From a virus (taxonomy: Duplodnaviria > Caudoviricetes): DNA of 47,813 nt. A program made the position numbers and the translations under genes. The stretch is taken from IMG/VR virus record IMGVR_UViG_3300020045_009153, positions 1 through 47,813 of that record. One strand, given 5' to 3'. A model generated the notes under the pieces. The model had not been told where the DNA came from and ran no database searches. It saw only the letters and a list, made by a program, of their open reading frames with translations. Shown piece after piece: positions 34,881 to 44,076 of this stretch; within the stretch, counting starts at the first letter, position 1; every line of letters starts with the position of its first letter.

Positions 34881-35225
34881 TTAAACTAAACAAACATCGT
34901 TTGGAGTCGGCGCACCATCCCAATGCTTGCCGACTTTTGGATTGTTTTGTATTGGATAAACTTTTGACGGGTCTAAGGTTTTCATGTACTCAATGCTTTG
35001 TTCGCCGAAAGAATTCGCCGCAAGCAAGGCTTTAGTCGTTTCGCCACAAGCCACAGCATCGAATCGAGTAAGGCAGCTATTGATTGTGTCAATATTTCTT
35101 TGTATGCGCTTTTCCATCACGCAAATCTGCACTTGCGGTGTCTGTTTCGCTGGGCGGTAACCCATTGCAAATACCGATGCGCTTATTAGCATTAAACTAA
35201 CCAAAATTGATGCTATTTTCATCAT
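34881..35225 (-). CDS. secreted hypothetical protein
   Basis: Signal peptide ending VFA; 4 Cys; AAGGAGG SD. Confidence 0.6.
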   Translation of the reverse strand: MMKIASILVSLMLISASVFAMGYRPAKQTPQVQICVMEKRIQRNIDTINSCLTRFDAVACGETTKALLAANSFGEQSIEYMKTLDPSKVYPIQNNPKVGKHWDGAPTPNDVCLV

Positions 35226-35235
35226 TTGATCCTCC

Positions 35236-35544
35236 TTATGAAACGTTGTTAAAAAAAGAAACTACCTTAGGCCAATTAGAAATGAATATGAAAAATACAT
35301 TAACAAACACAGCTGCTCCGATAATCATGTAATAACGATTGTCATTCTTATCAAGCCTTCTATGAGCGGCTTCTTGGCTCTTATTCAATTGAACAAATTG
35401 GATAAGGTCTTGCTCAATATGAGCATCCATCTTTTCTATCATTGCCTTTTGATAATTTTTCGTGTTCTCATCTATACGAATAAGTAAATCACGATGATCC
35501 ATTATTTTCATGAAATCTTTAAATTGATCGTCAGTGAAAGGCAT
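35236..35544 (-). CDS. coiled-coil protein with C-terminal TM (XhlA-like lysis-associated)
   Basis: LLIRIDENTK, AHRRLD, C-terminal hydrophobic helix. Confidence 0.6.
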   Translation of the reverse strand: MPFTDDQFKDFMKIMDHRDLLIRIDENTKNYQKAMIEKMDAHIEQDLIQFVQLNKSQEAAHRRLDKNDNRYYMIIGAAVFVNVFFIFISNWPKVVSFFNNVS

Positions 35545-35550
35545 AAGCTC

Positions 35551-36246
35551 CTATTGATTCACAAATATTCCGCTAATGGGCGGGTTGTCACTGCTTACGG
35601 TTGTGCCGCTGGTTGCTGTTCCGTTTCTTTGTACGCCTGGGCCATAATCAGGTTCATTGGTTGACTCCCCACTAAGCATCCAATAATTAAAAGGATTGTA
35701 AAGAGACCCAGGGATTTTCATTGCTTGGTTTATTTCTTCTTCTGATAGAATTCTTCTGAATAATTGAATATGAGATAGGAGACCGTCAAAAGTAACAGTG
35801 GTTGTTTGGTTGTTCCCTATGGTAAATTCTTTTGTCGTGTCAGCAGTATAAGCCCCAGTAGGTTGAACAATCATAATCGTAGTGTCAGTTTTACCGTTGA
35901 TATAAAAAATGGGTTGATTAGCCGTGCTTGATCCCAAGTAAGTCACAGCAACATGATTCCATTGGTCAAGAGTTACCCCCGCTGAAGTTGACCAACTCCC
36001 AGCTGTGTTGGCAAATCTATGGAACAGCCTCAGAGAAGTCATTGACGCATTCCCGGCACTTAAGCCAAACGAATAGCCCCTATTAGTGCCTTGATCTTTG
36101 TCTAAAATCCTCCCAGCAGAGGCTTCACCGCTAGTAAAGGGCCTGATCCACGCGAGTATCGTTCCCCCAGGCGTAGAGAATAAATTAGACCCACAACTTA
36201 CCCCGAAATATTTAGCATCATTTACGCCGTCGAATAATATGCTCAT
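35551..36246 (-). CDS. LamG/concanavalin A-like domain virion protein
   Basis: FDGVND, TILAWI, QWNHVAVTY, FYING, FDG....QLF.R.LS.EEI. Confidence 0.85.
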   Translation of the reverse strand: MSILFDGVNDAKYFGVSCGSNLFSTPGGTILAWIRPFTSGEASAGRILDKDQGTNRGYSFGLSAGNASMTSLRLFHRFANTAGSWSTSAGVTLDQWNHVAVTYLGSSTANQPIFYINGKTDTTIMIVQPTGAYTADTTKEFTIGNNQTTTVTFDGLLSHIQLFRRILSEEEINQAMKIPGSLYNPFNYWMLSGESTNEPDYGPGVQRNGTATSGTTVSSDNPPISGIFVNQ

Positions 36247-36590
36247 TTTGACCACTCAAAATAGCCTGTAGTTTTGCAACTTTTGACTTCTTTATCGCCA
36301 TGAGTGCAATAATGCCAAGACAGCCTCGCTTTGGAGACCCAATTTTTGACAACTTGATGATCTCTCACCTGACTAATAATCCAATCTTTGATTGAATCCC
36401 TATCAATATTATTATTAAAGCTAAATTCAGCCACACAAGAAAAATTTCCGTCATCGTTCCTTAACGCGCTTAGATTATGTTCTTCAAAAATGTCTTTCCC
36501 AACCAATTCATCTTGGATGCTGTTCTTAATTGTATTTGCGTGAGCTAACGTGTCAACTGTAGCTATCAATTTAAAACTAGGCTTTCCCAT
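36243..36590 (-). CDS. hypothetical protein
   Basis: Coupled ORF between fibre and LamG genes. Confidence 0.55.
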   Translation of the reverse strand: MGKPSFKLIATVDTLAHANTIKNSIQDELVGKDIFEEHNLSALRNDDGNFSCVAEFSFNNNIDRDSIKDWIISQVRDHQVVKNWVSKARLSWHYCTHGDKEVKSCKTTGYFEWSK

Positions 36591-36591
36591 A

Positions 36592-38145
36592 TTAGGTGTT
36601 TATGTCCGCTTTGATACTAAGAGACTTTAAATTCCAATTAGAAGTTATTGTGTCAGTTGCATCATTACCGCTTCTTTCAACAACCACCCTTACAATAGTT
36701 CCTGCGCTTAATGGCAAAATAGCATCATAATTTGTTGCTGTTGCTGTTGAAACGTTCAATATATTTGTCGAATTCATTGCGTAAGCGTTTGTGGCACTTA
36801 AAACTACAGGAACTGAATCAATCGTGCTTCCGTTTGAATTTACAAAAGCTCTAAACGTTAAAGTAACATCACCGCCGCTGTTTGTGGCAGCGTCATGGTC
36901 AAAAATAAGGTTCCAACTCCCCGTTCCTAAAAGACTAGGCGGAAGTTTCCTATAGAAAGTAGCCACCCCTACGGCATTATCTGTGAAAACAACTTGGGCT
37001 GCTTCAATATTGGCGCCTGTTTTTATCTCATACCAAGCATTAGAGTTTCTTGGGTTCACAGCCAAAAGTGACATTGGGAAAAATTCTGTTTTTGTGCCAC
37101 CACCCGCTGCTGCGTTGGTTACGGCATTGATAATGATTAGATTACCAGCCGTATTGATAGTTATTGAGTTCCCAGACTGAACCAGCCTGAATTCACTGCT
37201 AAGATCAGTTGAAAAATCAGTTACGACATAAGTATTAGCAGTTGAAGCTCCAGATCCAGAGCCACCAGCTCCTGTTGTTGCTGAAAAAAGATAAGCTGTT
37301 CCGACTCTTATAATTGTCATGTTGTCAGAAGCAGCTAATCTGTAAGAATCAAGTTTAGTTATGTCAGAAGAGCTAAATCCAATAAGATTTGTAGCAGATA
37401 AAACCGATGATAACCCAGTGCCTCCACTATTAATGCCCAAAGGATAAGTAATCGTGTTTTGTTTGCCAGATAAATCACCAGTCGTTGCGTTAATCGTAAT
37501 AAGTCCGGCGGCTGTTGTCACCGTAATGGAATTTCCAGACTGAACGAGTCTAAATTCTCCTGTTAAATCGCCCGCAAGATCAGTGACGATATAAGCATTC
37601 CCTGTGGCAGCATAAACAACCGAAGACCCAGCGGAACTATTTACCCAAGCAATATCTCCAGTTACCCCTCCAGAAGTAGTTAAAATTTGCCCCAATGCTC
37701 CGGTAAGAATAAAAAAAGTTCTGTCAGCGGATAAATTTCCGCCGCCAGATAATGGATAAGTGGTTGAAATTATTCGTCCTGAATTGACTAAAAACGCAGT
37801 ATCTATTGCGAAACTTCTGTTAACTCCTAAATTTCCACCACCAGAAATGGGATATACCGTAGAGATCGTTCTGGAAGAATCAACAAACCATCCCGAATTA
37901 ATCTGACCTAATGTTGCCCCGCTGACATAAAGAACATACCCGGCAGATGCGGCTCCGCCAATTCCACTCCCAATGGTAATGGTTCCTGAAGGACCGGATG
38001 GCCCCATAGCCCCAGCAATGGCAAGCTGAACCTTTGTGGGAGAGAGTTTTGTCAGCACACCTCCACTCAACTCCAGCTCAAAAACAGGGATGTGGTTGAA
38101 GGTTCCGTCAGTATTCGTAATTCTAAGAGGAGGTATTCCGCTCAT
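36592..38145 (-). CDS. tail fibre-like protein
   Basis: Gly/Ser/Thr-rich; duplicated ISTxYPxSGGGNL and EFRLVQSGNSIT modules; L.I..GGTG motif. Confidence 0.7.
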   Translation of the reverse strand: MSGIPPLRITNTDGTFNHIPVFELELSGGVLTKLSPTKVQLAIAGAMGPSGPSGTITIGSGIGGAASAGYVLYVSGATLGQINSGWFVDSSRTISTVYPISGGGNLGVNRSFAIDTAFLVNSGRIISTTYPLSGGGNLSADRTFFILTGALGQILTTSGGVTGDIAWVNSSAGSSVVYAATGNAYIVTDLAGDLTGEFRLVQSGNSITVTTAAGLITINATTGDLSGKQNTITYPLGINSGGTGLSSVLSATNLIGFSSSDITKLDSYRLAASDNMTIIRVGTAYLFSATTGAGGSGSGASTANTYVVTDFSTDLSSEFRLVQSGNSITINTAGNLIIINAVTNAAAGGGTKTEFFPMSLLAVNPRNSNAWYEIKTGANIEAAQVVFTDNAVGVATFYRKLPPSLLGTGSWNLIFDHDAATNSGGDVTLTFRAFVNSNGSTIDSVPVVLSATNAYAMNSTNILNVSTATATNYDAILPLSAGTIVRVVVERSGNDATDTITSNWNLKSLSIKADINT

Positions 38146-38441
38146 TGTCTAAATTCGTTTACCATTATTCGACCGTTAGCAGAGTCTGAAATGAAAAATA
38201 TTTCACCGTCTGACTGGATATTGGGAAACTCCTGCTGCATGGAATAAAAAAGAAGACCACCGCTTGCCGCGAGTAAGTTTGATCCGCCCCACGCAATAGT
38301 CGTTGCTCCAACATTAAAGACGTTCATAGCCGTAAAACCAGAGCTTAAAATTACCTTCGTAGCATCGGTTGTAATGACCGTAACCAAACGGCTTGAAACT
38401 GACCCAAATGTACTATTTGGTCTTCGGAAATAGGTTCCCAT
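38142..38441 (-). CDS. small beta-rich virion protein
   Basis: Coupled; N.G.T.I..G pattern of decoration-like proteins. Confidence 0.5.
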   Translation of the reverse strand: MGTYFRRPNSTFGSVSSRLVTVITTDATKVILSSGFTAMNVFNVGATTIAWGGSNLLAASGGLLFYSMQQEFPNIQSDGEIFFISDSANGRIMVNEFRQ

Positions 38442-38823
38442 TGATCACCCAATTTAATGTCTCTATGTAGTGTTTATATTTTAATTTTTCATCTTCATTT
38501 GAAGCCGATGCCTTTAGTTCAAACTCTCTACGTTTGGCGAGAACCTCATTAGCCGAGATAAGATTTAATTTTCCGCTATCCTCTATTCTTTTTTTAATGG
38601 TTTCTTCAAGGCCGTTAATGGTTTCTTCGATGGCGGAATTTCTTATAAAATCTTTTGTACGGTCTATTCCGTTTGACATCAAAGGGATCATCATGTCCCA
38701 AGCTTTCGAAAATCCGAGATTAAAGCCATCTAGCCAAGCAACATCATCTCGGAGTGCTTTTATTTTCTCAAATTTATTCTTCGACTGAGGCCACAATTTG
38801 AAAAGTGTCATCCGGACTCGCAT
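38413..38823 (-). CDS. hypothetical helical protein
   Basis: Fills gap in the late operon; start uncertain. Confidence 0.5.
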   Translation of the reverse strand: MRVRMTLFKLWPQSKNKFEKIKALRDDVAWLDGFNLGFSKAWDMMIPLMSNGIDRTKDFIRNSAIEETINGLEETIKKRIEDSGKLNLISANEVLAKRREFELKASASNEDEKLKYKHYIETLNWVINGNLFPKTK

Positions 38824-39046
38824 TCTGTATTTGAATCGTGTAGCTTCCAGCGACTGGAATGCTTATTTTGTCGTCAACAAGTTCTCCAGAGTGAAAGCCG
38901 TAATTTAATCTTGTAACGCTATTGTCGTCAACAAGCGTTGTTCTAAAAACAGTCGTTGATGTGTTCGCGCGAACAAGCAAATACCGCAACAACCCACCTC
39001 TTATTTTTAAGGTCGCAGAACTCACGGACCCTGAAGCCGTTGTCAT
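38774..39046 (-). CDS. small beta-rich virion protein
   Basis: Late operon position; beta-strand pattern. Confidence 0.5.
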   Translation of the reverse strand: MTTASGSVSSATLKIRGGLLRYLLVRANTSTTVFRTTLVDDNSVTRLNYGFHSGELVDDKISIPVAGSYTIQIQNASPDDTFQIVASVEE

Positions 39047-39081
39047 GGATGTTGTGTGCTCATAAATTGTAATAAATCACC

Positions 39082-39405
39082 TCACGCTAAATATATCCAT
39101 GCTGTCCCGGCAGTCAAGGTCGGGACCTTGATTGTGCCTAAACGCAAAGGAACAGCAAAAGTCAGTGAATGAAGAGCCTGAGCGAAGGCGGTGCTTCCTG
39201 TTTCACTCGAAACATAGGATGCTCTAAAAATAGCGTCCGTTGTAGAGGCTCCTGAGATAATACAAGCGCCATTCGTGCTATCAGTCCAAAAAGAGAAAGC
39301 TATTACATTAAAATTTGTAATATTAGCAGAAGTACCGCCAACGGCGTTTAAATTACCCATCGCAGAATCAACTATAATTACATTATCTACCAATCTATTT
39401 GCCAT
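39082..39405 (-). CDS. small beta-rich virion protein
   Basis: Late operon position; Ser/Thr-rich; AGGTGG SD. Confidence 0.55.
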   Translation of the reverse strand: MANRLVDNVIIVDSAMGNLNAVGGTSANITNFNVIAFSFWTDSTNGACIISGASTTDAIFRASYVSSETGSTAFAQALHSLTFAVPLRLGTIKVPTLTAGTAWIYLA

Positions 39406-39933
39406 TTATCCACCTATCCCGAAGTCGTTAGAGACTCTTGAAGTTTCGTTCCAAGCATTGTTTGCCGTGTTGTACATAAAAACAGCAACAGAACCAGATT
39501 GCATTAATAGATTCTTAGAACCAACTAAATTAACGCCATTGCCGTGATTTATTGAAATATTTGAACCTGTGCAAAAAAGTGTTAAAACATTTCCTTCTGC
39601 CCCTGAAGCTATTTTTGGATTAGCGGTAATCGTCACAGCTCCGTTTGAGCCAACGACTCTCATGTAAGGGTGAGAAAATGTCGGCGTTATACCACCAACA
39701 GCTGTGATGTAAAACGTCGGGTTTTCATTTTCAACCGCGCTAGAAGTGGATTCTCTAAAATAAGATCCTCTCGAAACATCCCCTTCTCCGCCTAGGCTTA
39801 TCCTAGACGGAGGGGGATCGTCTCGCTCGTCAGAACCTATCCAGACACCCTTTTCTTTGATCGTCTCTTTTTCGAGATAATCAAATCCAGAGCGTCCAGA
39901 AATCCTCTTTCTGAAGCGATTACTCTTAGACAT
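39406..39933 (-). CDS. putative virion protein
   Basis: N-terminal SGRSGFDY motif; C-terminal beta domain ending W.E.SR. Confidence 0.55.
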   Translation of the reverse strand: MSKSNRFRKRISGRSGFDYLEKETIKEKGVWIGSDERDDPPPSRISLGGEGDVSRGSYFRESTSSAVENENPTFYITAVGGITPTFSHPYMRVVGSNGAVTITANPKIASGAEGNVLTLFCTGSNISINHGNGVNLVGSKNLLMQSGSVAVFMYNTANNAWNETSRVSNDFGIGG

Positions 39934-39937
39934 TGGA

Positions 39938-40693
39938 TTATGTTGCTAAGATAGTGCTGCTATTTGGGAAAATAGGAACAATCTCATGCCAACGTCTGTT
40001 ATTGTAAACAAATTGAATAGCCGCGCTGCTTGCCAATCGAAATTGCGTAGACGATGCCGAAGTCGTGCAAATAAACGTATCCGAAGCATCAGAATTCACA
40101 ATCACAAGAGCCGCTGACCCAATCGCCATCACCGTTAAAAGCTGGCCTTCCTCGCCACCGACAGCGCGTCTTAAAGCTATCGCACTAGAAGCGGCTTGGA
40201 AATCCTTAATAACAACATGCCAACCCCTGCCCGTGATATTCACATTACCCGTAGAAGCATTCATCACGGGATTGCCTGTAGCGGTTAACCAACCTGCGCT
40301 TGAAAACGTAATAACGTTAGATTGGTTGTAACTACGGCTAAATTCAACCCAAGCAGAGTTATGGTAAAGAAGCTCTACTGAATTGTTGGTTCCCTGCAAA
40401 TCATTTGAACCCGCAAGTAACATCCTCGCACTGGAAATTAAACGAGTAGAGTCATCAAGAAATATAACCTTGATGGCCTTGCCTTCAAATAACCCTGCGT
40501 TGCTTCCGCCACCGCCGCCTGGAGCAGAAAGCTCAAAGTCTGTAATCGCCGTAGCGGTAGTGTTGTTGCTGTAGAACAAAACTCCAGAAGTTACATCAGG
40601 AGTTGTGTCGCCTTGAGCAAAAAGTCCAGCCGTATTAGCGGCAAAGTTATTGAACTTGCCATACGCTATGCTCGTAAACCTTGAATCACCCAT
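39938..40693 (-). CDS. putative virion decoration protein (two similar beta domains)
   Basis: GGAGGTG SD; DTTPDV...W.EFSR domain followed by a second similar domain. Confidence 0.55.
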   Translation of the reverse strand: MGDSRFTSIAYGKFNNFAANTAGLFAQGDTTPDVTSGVLFYSNNTTATAITDFELSAPGGGGGSNAGLFEGKAIKVIFLDDSTRLISSARMLLAGSNDLQGTNNSVELLYHNSAWVEFSRSYNQSNVITFSSAGWLTATGNPVMNASTGNVNITGRGWHVVIKDFQAASSAIALRRAVGGEEGQLLTVMAIGSAALVIVNSDASDTFICTTSASSTQFRLASSAAIQFVYNNRRWHEIVPIFPNSSTILAT

Positions 40694-40705
40694 TTTTCAC
40701 CTCCG

Positions 40706-40741
40706 AAGAGCAGAGGGGGGAGGTTAATCCCCCCTCACCCT
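40706..40741 (-). terminator. GC-rich stem-loop downstream of the capsid gene (attenuator or stabiliser)
   Basis: GAGGGGGA-TTAACC-TCCCCCCTC on the - strand; lacks a U-tract. Confidence 0.4.
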
Positions 40742-40754
40742 CATCTTCTTTTAG

Positions 40755-41687
40755 TTAAGCCCCAGCACTATGATAAAGATTGCTAGGACGGTTAATCTCA
40801 ATACTGTATCGAAACGTAGTCTTAAACAACGCATCACCTGAGTCAAAATCGCCATCTTTAGCGAAAGTAACCTTGCGACGAAGATACGCAATCAACCCAG
40901 CATTACTATGGGCTGGTTTGGAAATAAGCGTAAAAGCATCGGTATCGGTGTAATACGGTGTTGAGATCAGTTTCAGATTACGTTCCTTAAGAGTGTTGAC
41001 GCTGTTATTCGCACTCTCTGGGTCGTAAGCAGAGTTCAACAATTCTTTAGCTTTCCAAGCGTTACTTGGATTACAAAGAATAAATTGAGCTCTGTTGCGT
41101 GACCATTTTCCTGTGTCATCCTTTTGGTTCTCGAAATTATCAATCGAGGTCTGAAGAGTCGTTGCCGACAAATCAGCCGCAGGAGCCAGTAAATTTGACC
41201 ACGTTCCACCGCGAAGCAGAGTATGAGCACCGCTAAAAATAGCCAGTCCATCACCTGCCGTGTGAGATGTAGTCGCAGTCCCAGAGTTGAAAACATCAAA
41301 CGTCAAAACGTTCAAGGTTTCACGCGCCGCAACGCCAAGTTCACGAGTAAACGATTCCATCTCGGTCGGAAGATCTGGGTAGAGAGAATCCTCAATCAGT
41401 TCTTCTGTGATTCTGCAACCAAGACCGAATGTTCTGTGAGTCCAGCGTTTCGTCGGCCCTTGCACCATTTCGTCATACGTGATCGCCTCACCTTCACCTT
41501 TGCCAGCGACCATTCCAAACCCAGCGTAATAAGCCGCTTCTTCGTAAGCTCTTTTTGAGCTTTTGACCGCGCCCGCAGATTCTACGATGGATTTCCATTC
41601 TTCATCCGTTGCTCGTGGTTTGTAGCTGTCCACCATAAAGGAGAAAAGCCCAGGAACCACGACTTTATTGAATTGTGTTCTATTCAT
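40755..41687 (-). CDS. major capsid protein (HK97 fold, Mu gpT-like)
   Basis: PGL...S.RAYEE...GFG...K.EG.AI.YD...H.TFGLG..ITEE.IED.LY...DG.A.FS..H...DFD.GD. Confidence 0.9.
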   Translation of the reverse strand: MNRTQFNKVVVPGLFSFMVDSYKPRATDEEWKSIVESAGAVKSSKRAYEEAAYYAGFGMVAGKGEGEAITYDEMVQGPTKRWTHRTFGLGCRITEELIEDSLYPDLPTEMESFTRELGVAARETLNVLTFDVFNSGTATTSHTAGDGLAIFSGAHTLLRGGTWSNLLAPAADLSATTLQTSIDNFENQKDDTGKWSRNRAQFILCNPSNAWKAKELLNSAYDPESANNSVNTLKERNLKLISTPYYTDTDAFTLISKPAHSNAGLIAYLRRKVTFAKDGDFDSGDALFKTTFRYSIEINRPSNLYHSAGA

Positions 41688-41707
41688 CTTAGTCGTACTC
41701 CTTTAGG

Positions 41708-42328
41708 TTAGACAACTGCCGTTAAATTGGACTGATTTTTACGATGAGTGTTGATGATCACGCGCCATTTTGCGTAGTTGGCTCCTGCTGTATTCTCTGT
41801 GCCATCTACGTTAACGACATCGTGAAGACCGACAATCCTTAAAATTTGACCCGTGCTTGCAGCATTGGAACTTGCATCAAGTTCCAAATTAGCCCAACCG
41901 CTTGTCGTGTTGCCTGATGTTGCGCGATAAATGAGCGCAGCCGATTCTCCGACAGCAGAAAGAGTCGCAAGCGTACCACCTGTGTCTGCTTGGACAATAA
42001 ACTCCTGATTAGGATCATCCGCCACAGAAACCCATCTATCGCCCGCATCAAGACCCTCGCCAAGCGTGGTGAGGTCTGAAGCGTCAAGAAACGGATCATT
42101 TGAAGCAAGTCCCTTACGCAATGGGCCTGCAAATCCAACCACAACACCCAATGCCTGTACTATCCCAGCCGTTGTTACATCAATCGCATTTGTGACAAAT
42201 CCTGTGGAAGAAAGATCGACAATATCTCCCAAGAAAACGTCATTAGCGGTTCCGATTCTGTAATAATGAACCGCTGGTTTACTAGGATTGATAGGAACAA
42301 GGCCGCGAGGAAAATTATCGTTAGCCAT
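41708..42328 (-). CDS. capsid decoration/cement protein
   Basis: MAN.N.P.GL.P...GD.V...GV..G...V.DDP...F.VQ pattern; directly upstream of MCP. Confidence 0.7.
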   Translation of the reverse strand: MANDNFPRGLVPINPSKPAVHYYRIGTANDVFLGDIVDLSSTGFVTNAIDVTTAGIVQALGVVVGFAGPLRKGLASNDPFLDASDLTTLGEGLDAGDRWVSVADDPNQEFIVQADTGGTLATLSAVGESAALIYRATSGNTTSGWANLELDASSNAASTGQILRIVGLHDVVNVDGTENTAGANYAKWRVIINTHRKNQSNLTAVV

Positions 42329-42346
42329 GTTTAAAACTCCTTTAAA

Positions 42347-43003
42347 TTAGAAATCTCGACCCTCTTGAAGAGCGTCAGAAGGCGCAAAATCATCTCCATC
42401 AGCTCCCTCAGAATCAAGTTTGGCTTTGTAAAAGTTAGGATGATTCTCGTGTTTGTCTTCTTCAGACTTAACACGGTCAATACTGTCTTTCGAAGGTTTT
42501 TGCCTCATCGAAATCGCTTGTTCTGCATACATAAACCCTAAAATCGCATCACCATTTTCAACACCACCGTTGGAACTGAAAAGAGTCTTTGGCGCGTCAG
42601 GAAAATAGCTTCGGTTAACAACGAGCCATCCCTTGACATTCAAGGATTCATCAAACGCTCGTTTATTTTGAGAAAGCCATCTAAAGATAAATTTCCCTCT
42701 TTTTGACTGTTCCCAACGATCCATCTTTACCTCAAGGCCGTACATGACCTCACGTTTGACCCAACCATGATAAAAACAGGACTGGCCCATTGTGCAGTCA
42801 TAAGAATATTCCTCAAAGTATTCTGGCAACGAAAGTCTGTGAATGCCATTTCTCTCTTCTCTTGTTACTAACTTGATATCGTCAATAGTTTTTGGCTGAG
42901 ACTTAATCCTCTCAGAGATATAAGCGTCTTTCTCCGACATAATAGTTATCGGAACGCTTCCTTGTGGAATCTCAGCTTCTTTTAATTCGTTTTTTGGGTT
43001 CAT
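42347..43003 (-). CDS. conserved head-module hypothetical protein
   Basis: FRW...GW..V...G.V..GD.IL pattern between scaffold and capsid genes. Confidence 0.6.
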   Translation of the reverse strand: MNPKNELKEAEIPQGSVPITIMSEKDAYISERIKSQPKTIDDIKLVTREERNGIHRLSLPEYFEEYSYDCTMGQSCFYHGWVKREVMYGLEVKMDRWEQSKRGKFIFRWLSQNKRAFDESLNVKGWLVVNRSYFPDAPKTLFSSNGGVENGDAILGFMYAEQAISMRQKPSKDSIDRVKSEEDKHENHPNFYKAKLDSEGADGDDFAPSDALQEGRDF

Positions 43004-43812
43004 GCTTCTACTCCTCCTCTGAGGTCTTGCGACTTCAGGTTTTTAGCGTATTGTCCGTAGGGAATGCTGTAGTGATCACAAAATTCTTTTTGTTCCTTGG
43101 TTAAAGTTATTTTCCCGTTTGGGCTTTGTTGACGGCCCACCACAGAAGAAGCGCCTGCTCTTGTGAGTCGATTCACCTCTCTGTCAACGATTGGTTTTAC
43201 GCTCTCAGGCGTTCTTCCCATCTCACGAAGTCTTTCCTCCATTCGATACATGGCGATTTCAGGGCCATGAATATTGCCAAGAAGGGTTTGATCTTCGTTT
43301 ATGACCTCTAGGTAAATTTTATTTTCTTCCGAGCCTTGGTCTTCAATGCTTGGGTATCGTTGCAAGACACGTTGCTTTGATTTTTGGAGCTCACCCTCCG
43401 CTGCGGAACGCTTTTGAAGTTCTCGTGTGGCGTTTTCTCGCTTTTCTAAAAGCTCCTGCACCTTAGCTTCAATGTCTTTCTCGACCAACTTCTTTACACC
43501 AAGTTTCCAATCATTTGCTGCGATCGCATCAACATCGTCCTCGACAACTGCTTGCGGTCTCGAAAGCTGCGATTTTACCTCACTGAGTTCTCTCATTGCC
43601 TTTTCTAACTGTCTTGTCTGATAGGCGATCGTGTTGTTCAGTTTTGAGAAATCAGAAGACCTCGCATCCTTCGGCTGTTCCTTCGGTTTTTCATCCGACT
43701 TTTCAATCTTCTCTTTGTCGGGATTTTCTAAATCTACCGTCACTGAAGACGGCGTGTCTGGAGTTTCCTCGTCATTGATTATTTCCAATGTCGGTTCTTT
43801 TTCGTCTAACAT
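43000..43812 (-). CDS. capsid scaffolding protein
   Basis: Acidic N-terminus, coiled coil, C-terminal LT.EQ...C....I....YAK. Confidence 0.72.
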   Translation of the reverse strand: MLDEKEPTLEIINDEETPDTPSSVTVDLENPDKEKIEKSDEKPKEQPKDARSSDFSKLNNTIAYQTRQLEKAMRELSEVKSQLSRPQAVVEDDVDAIAANDWKLGVKKLVEKDIEAKVQELLEKRENATRELQKRSAAEGELQKSKQRVLQRYPSIEDQGSEENKIYLEVINEDQTLLGNIHGPEIAMYRMEERLREMGRTPESVKPIVDREVNRLTRAGASSVVGRQQSPNGKITLTKEQKEFCDHYSIPYGQYAKNLKSQDLRGGVEA

Positions 43813-43821
43813 TTGATTCTC

Positions 43822-44076
43822 CTAATCTGGGTTTTCAGCCTTCTGTGAAAGACTGACAATTAAATTATTAAGACTCTTCACAGCGAGATTAATTCCGTCG
43901 ATTTCAAACTGACACCTTTGAGCCTCAAAAGACAGGTTTTTCCTAAGAGCCAAGGACTTCTCCGCCTCTTTTCGTTTGCATAGCTGATCCAAGTGCTCCT
44001 GGTACAGTCTCCACGCTCGATGGCCCTCCATCTCCTGAAGAAGCTGGACCTTCAGATCCCTCTCCATCAACTCCAT
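43822..44076 (-). CDS. small helical protein following portal
   Basis: AAGGAG SD; typical portal-adjacent small gene. Confidence 0.6.
   Translation of the reverse strand: MELMERDLKVQLLQEMEGHRAWRLYQEHLDQLCKRKEAEKSLALRKNLSFEAQRCQFEIDGINLAVKSLNNLIVSLSQKAENPD

Noticed and set aside
37120-37880. Diversity-generating retroelement TR/VR pair in the fibre gene
   Set aside because: The repeats are in-frame protein module duplications with mismatches at various bases, and no reverse transcriptase is present in the window.
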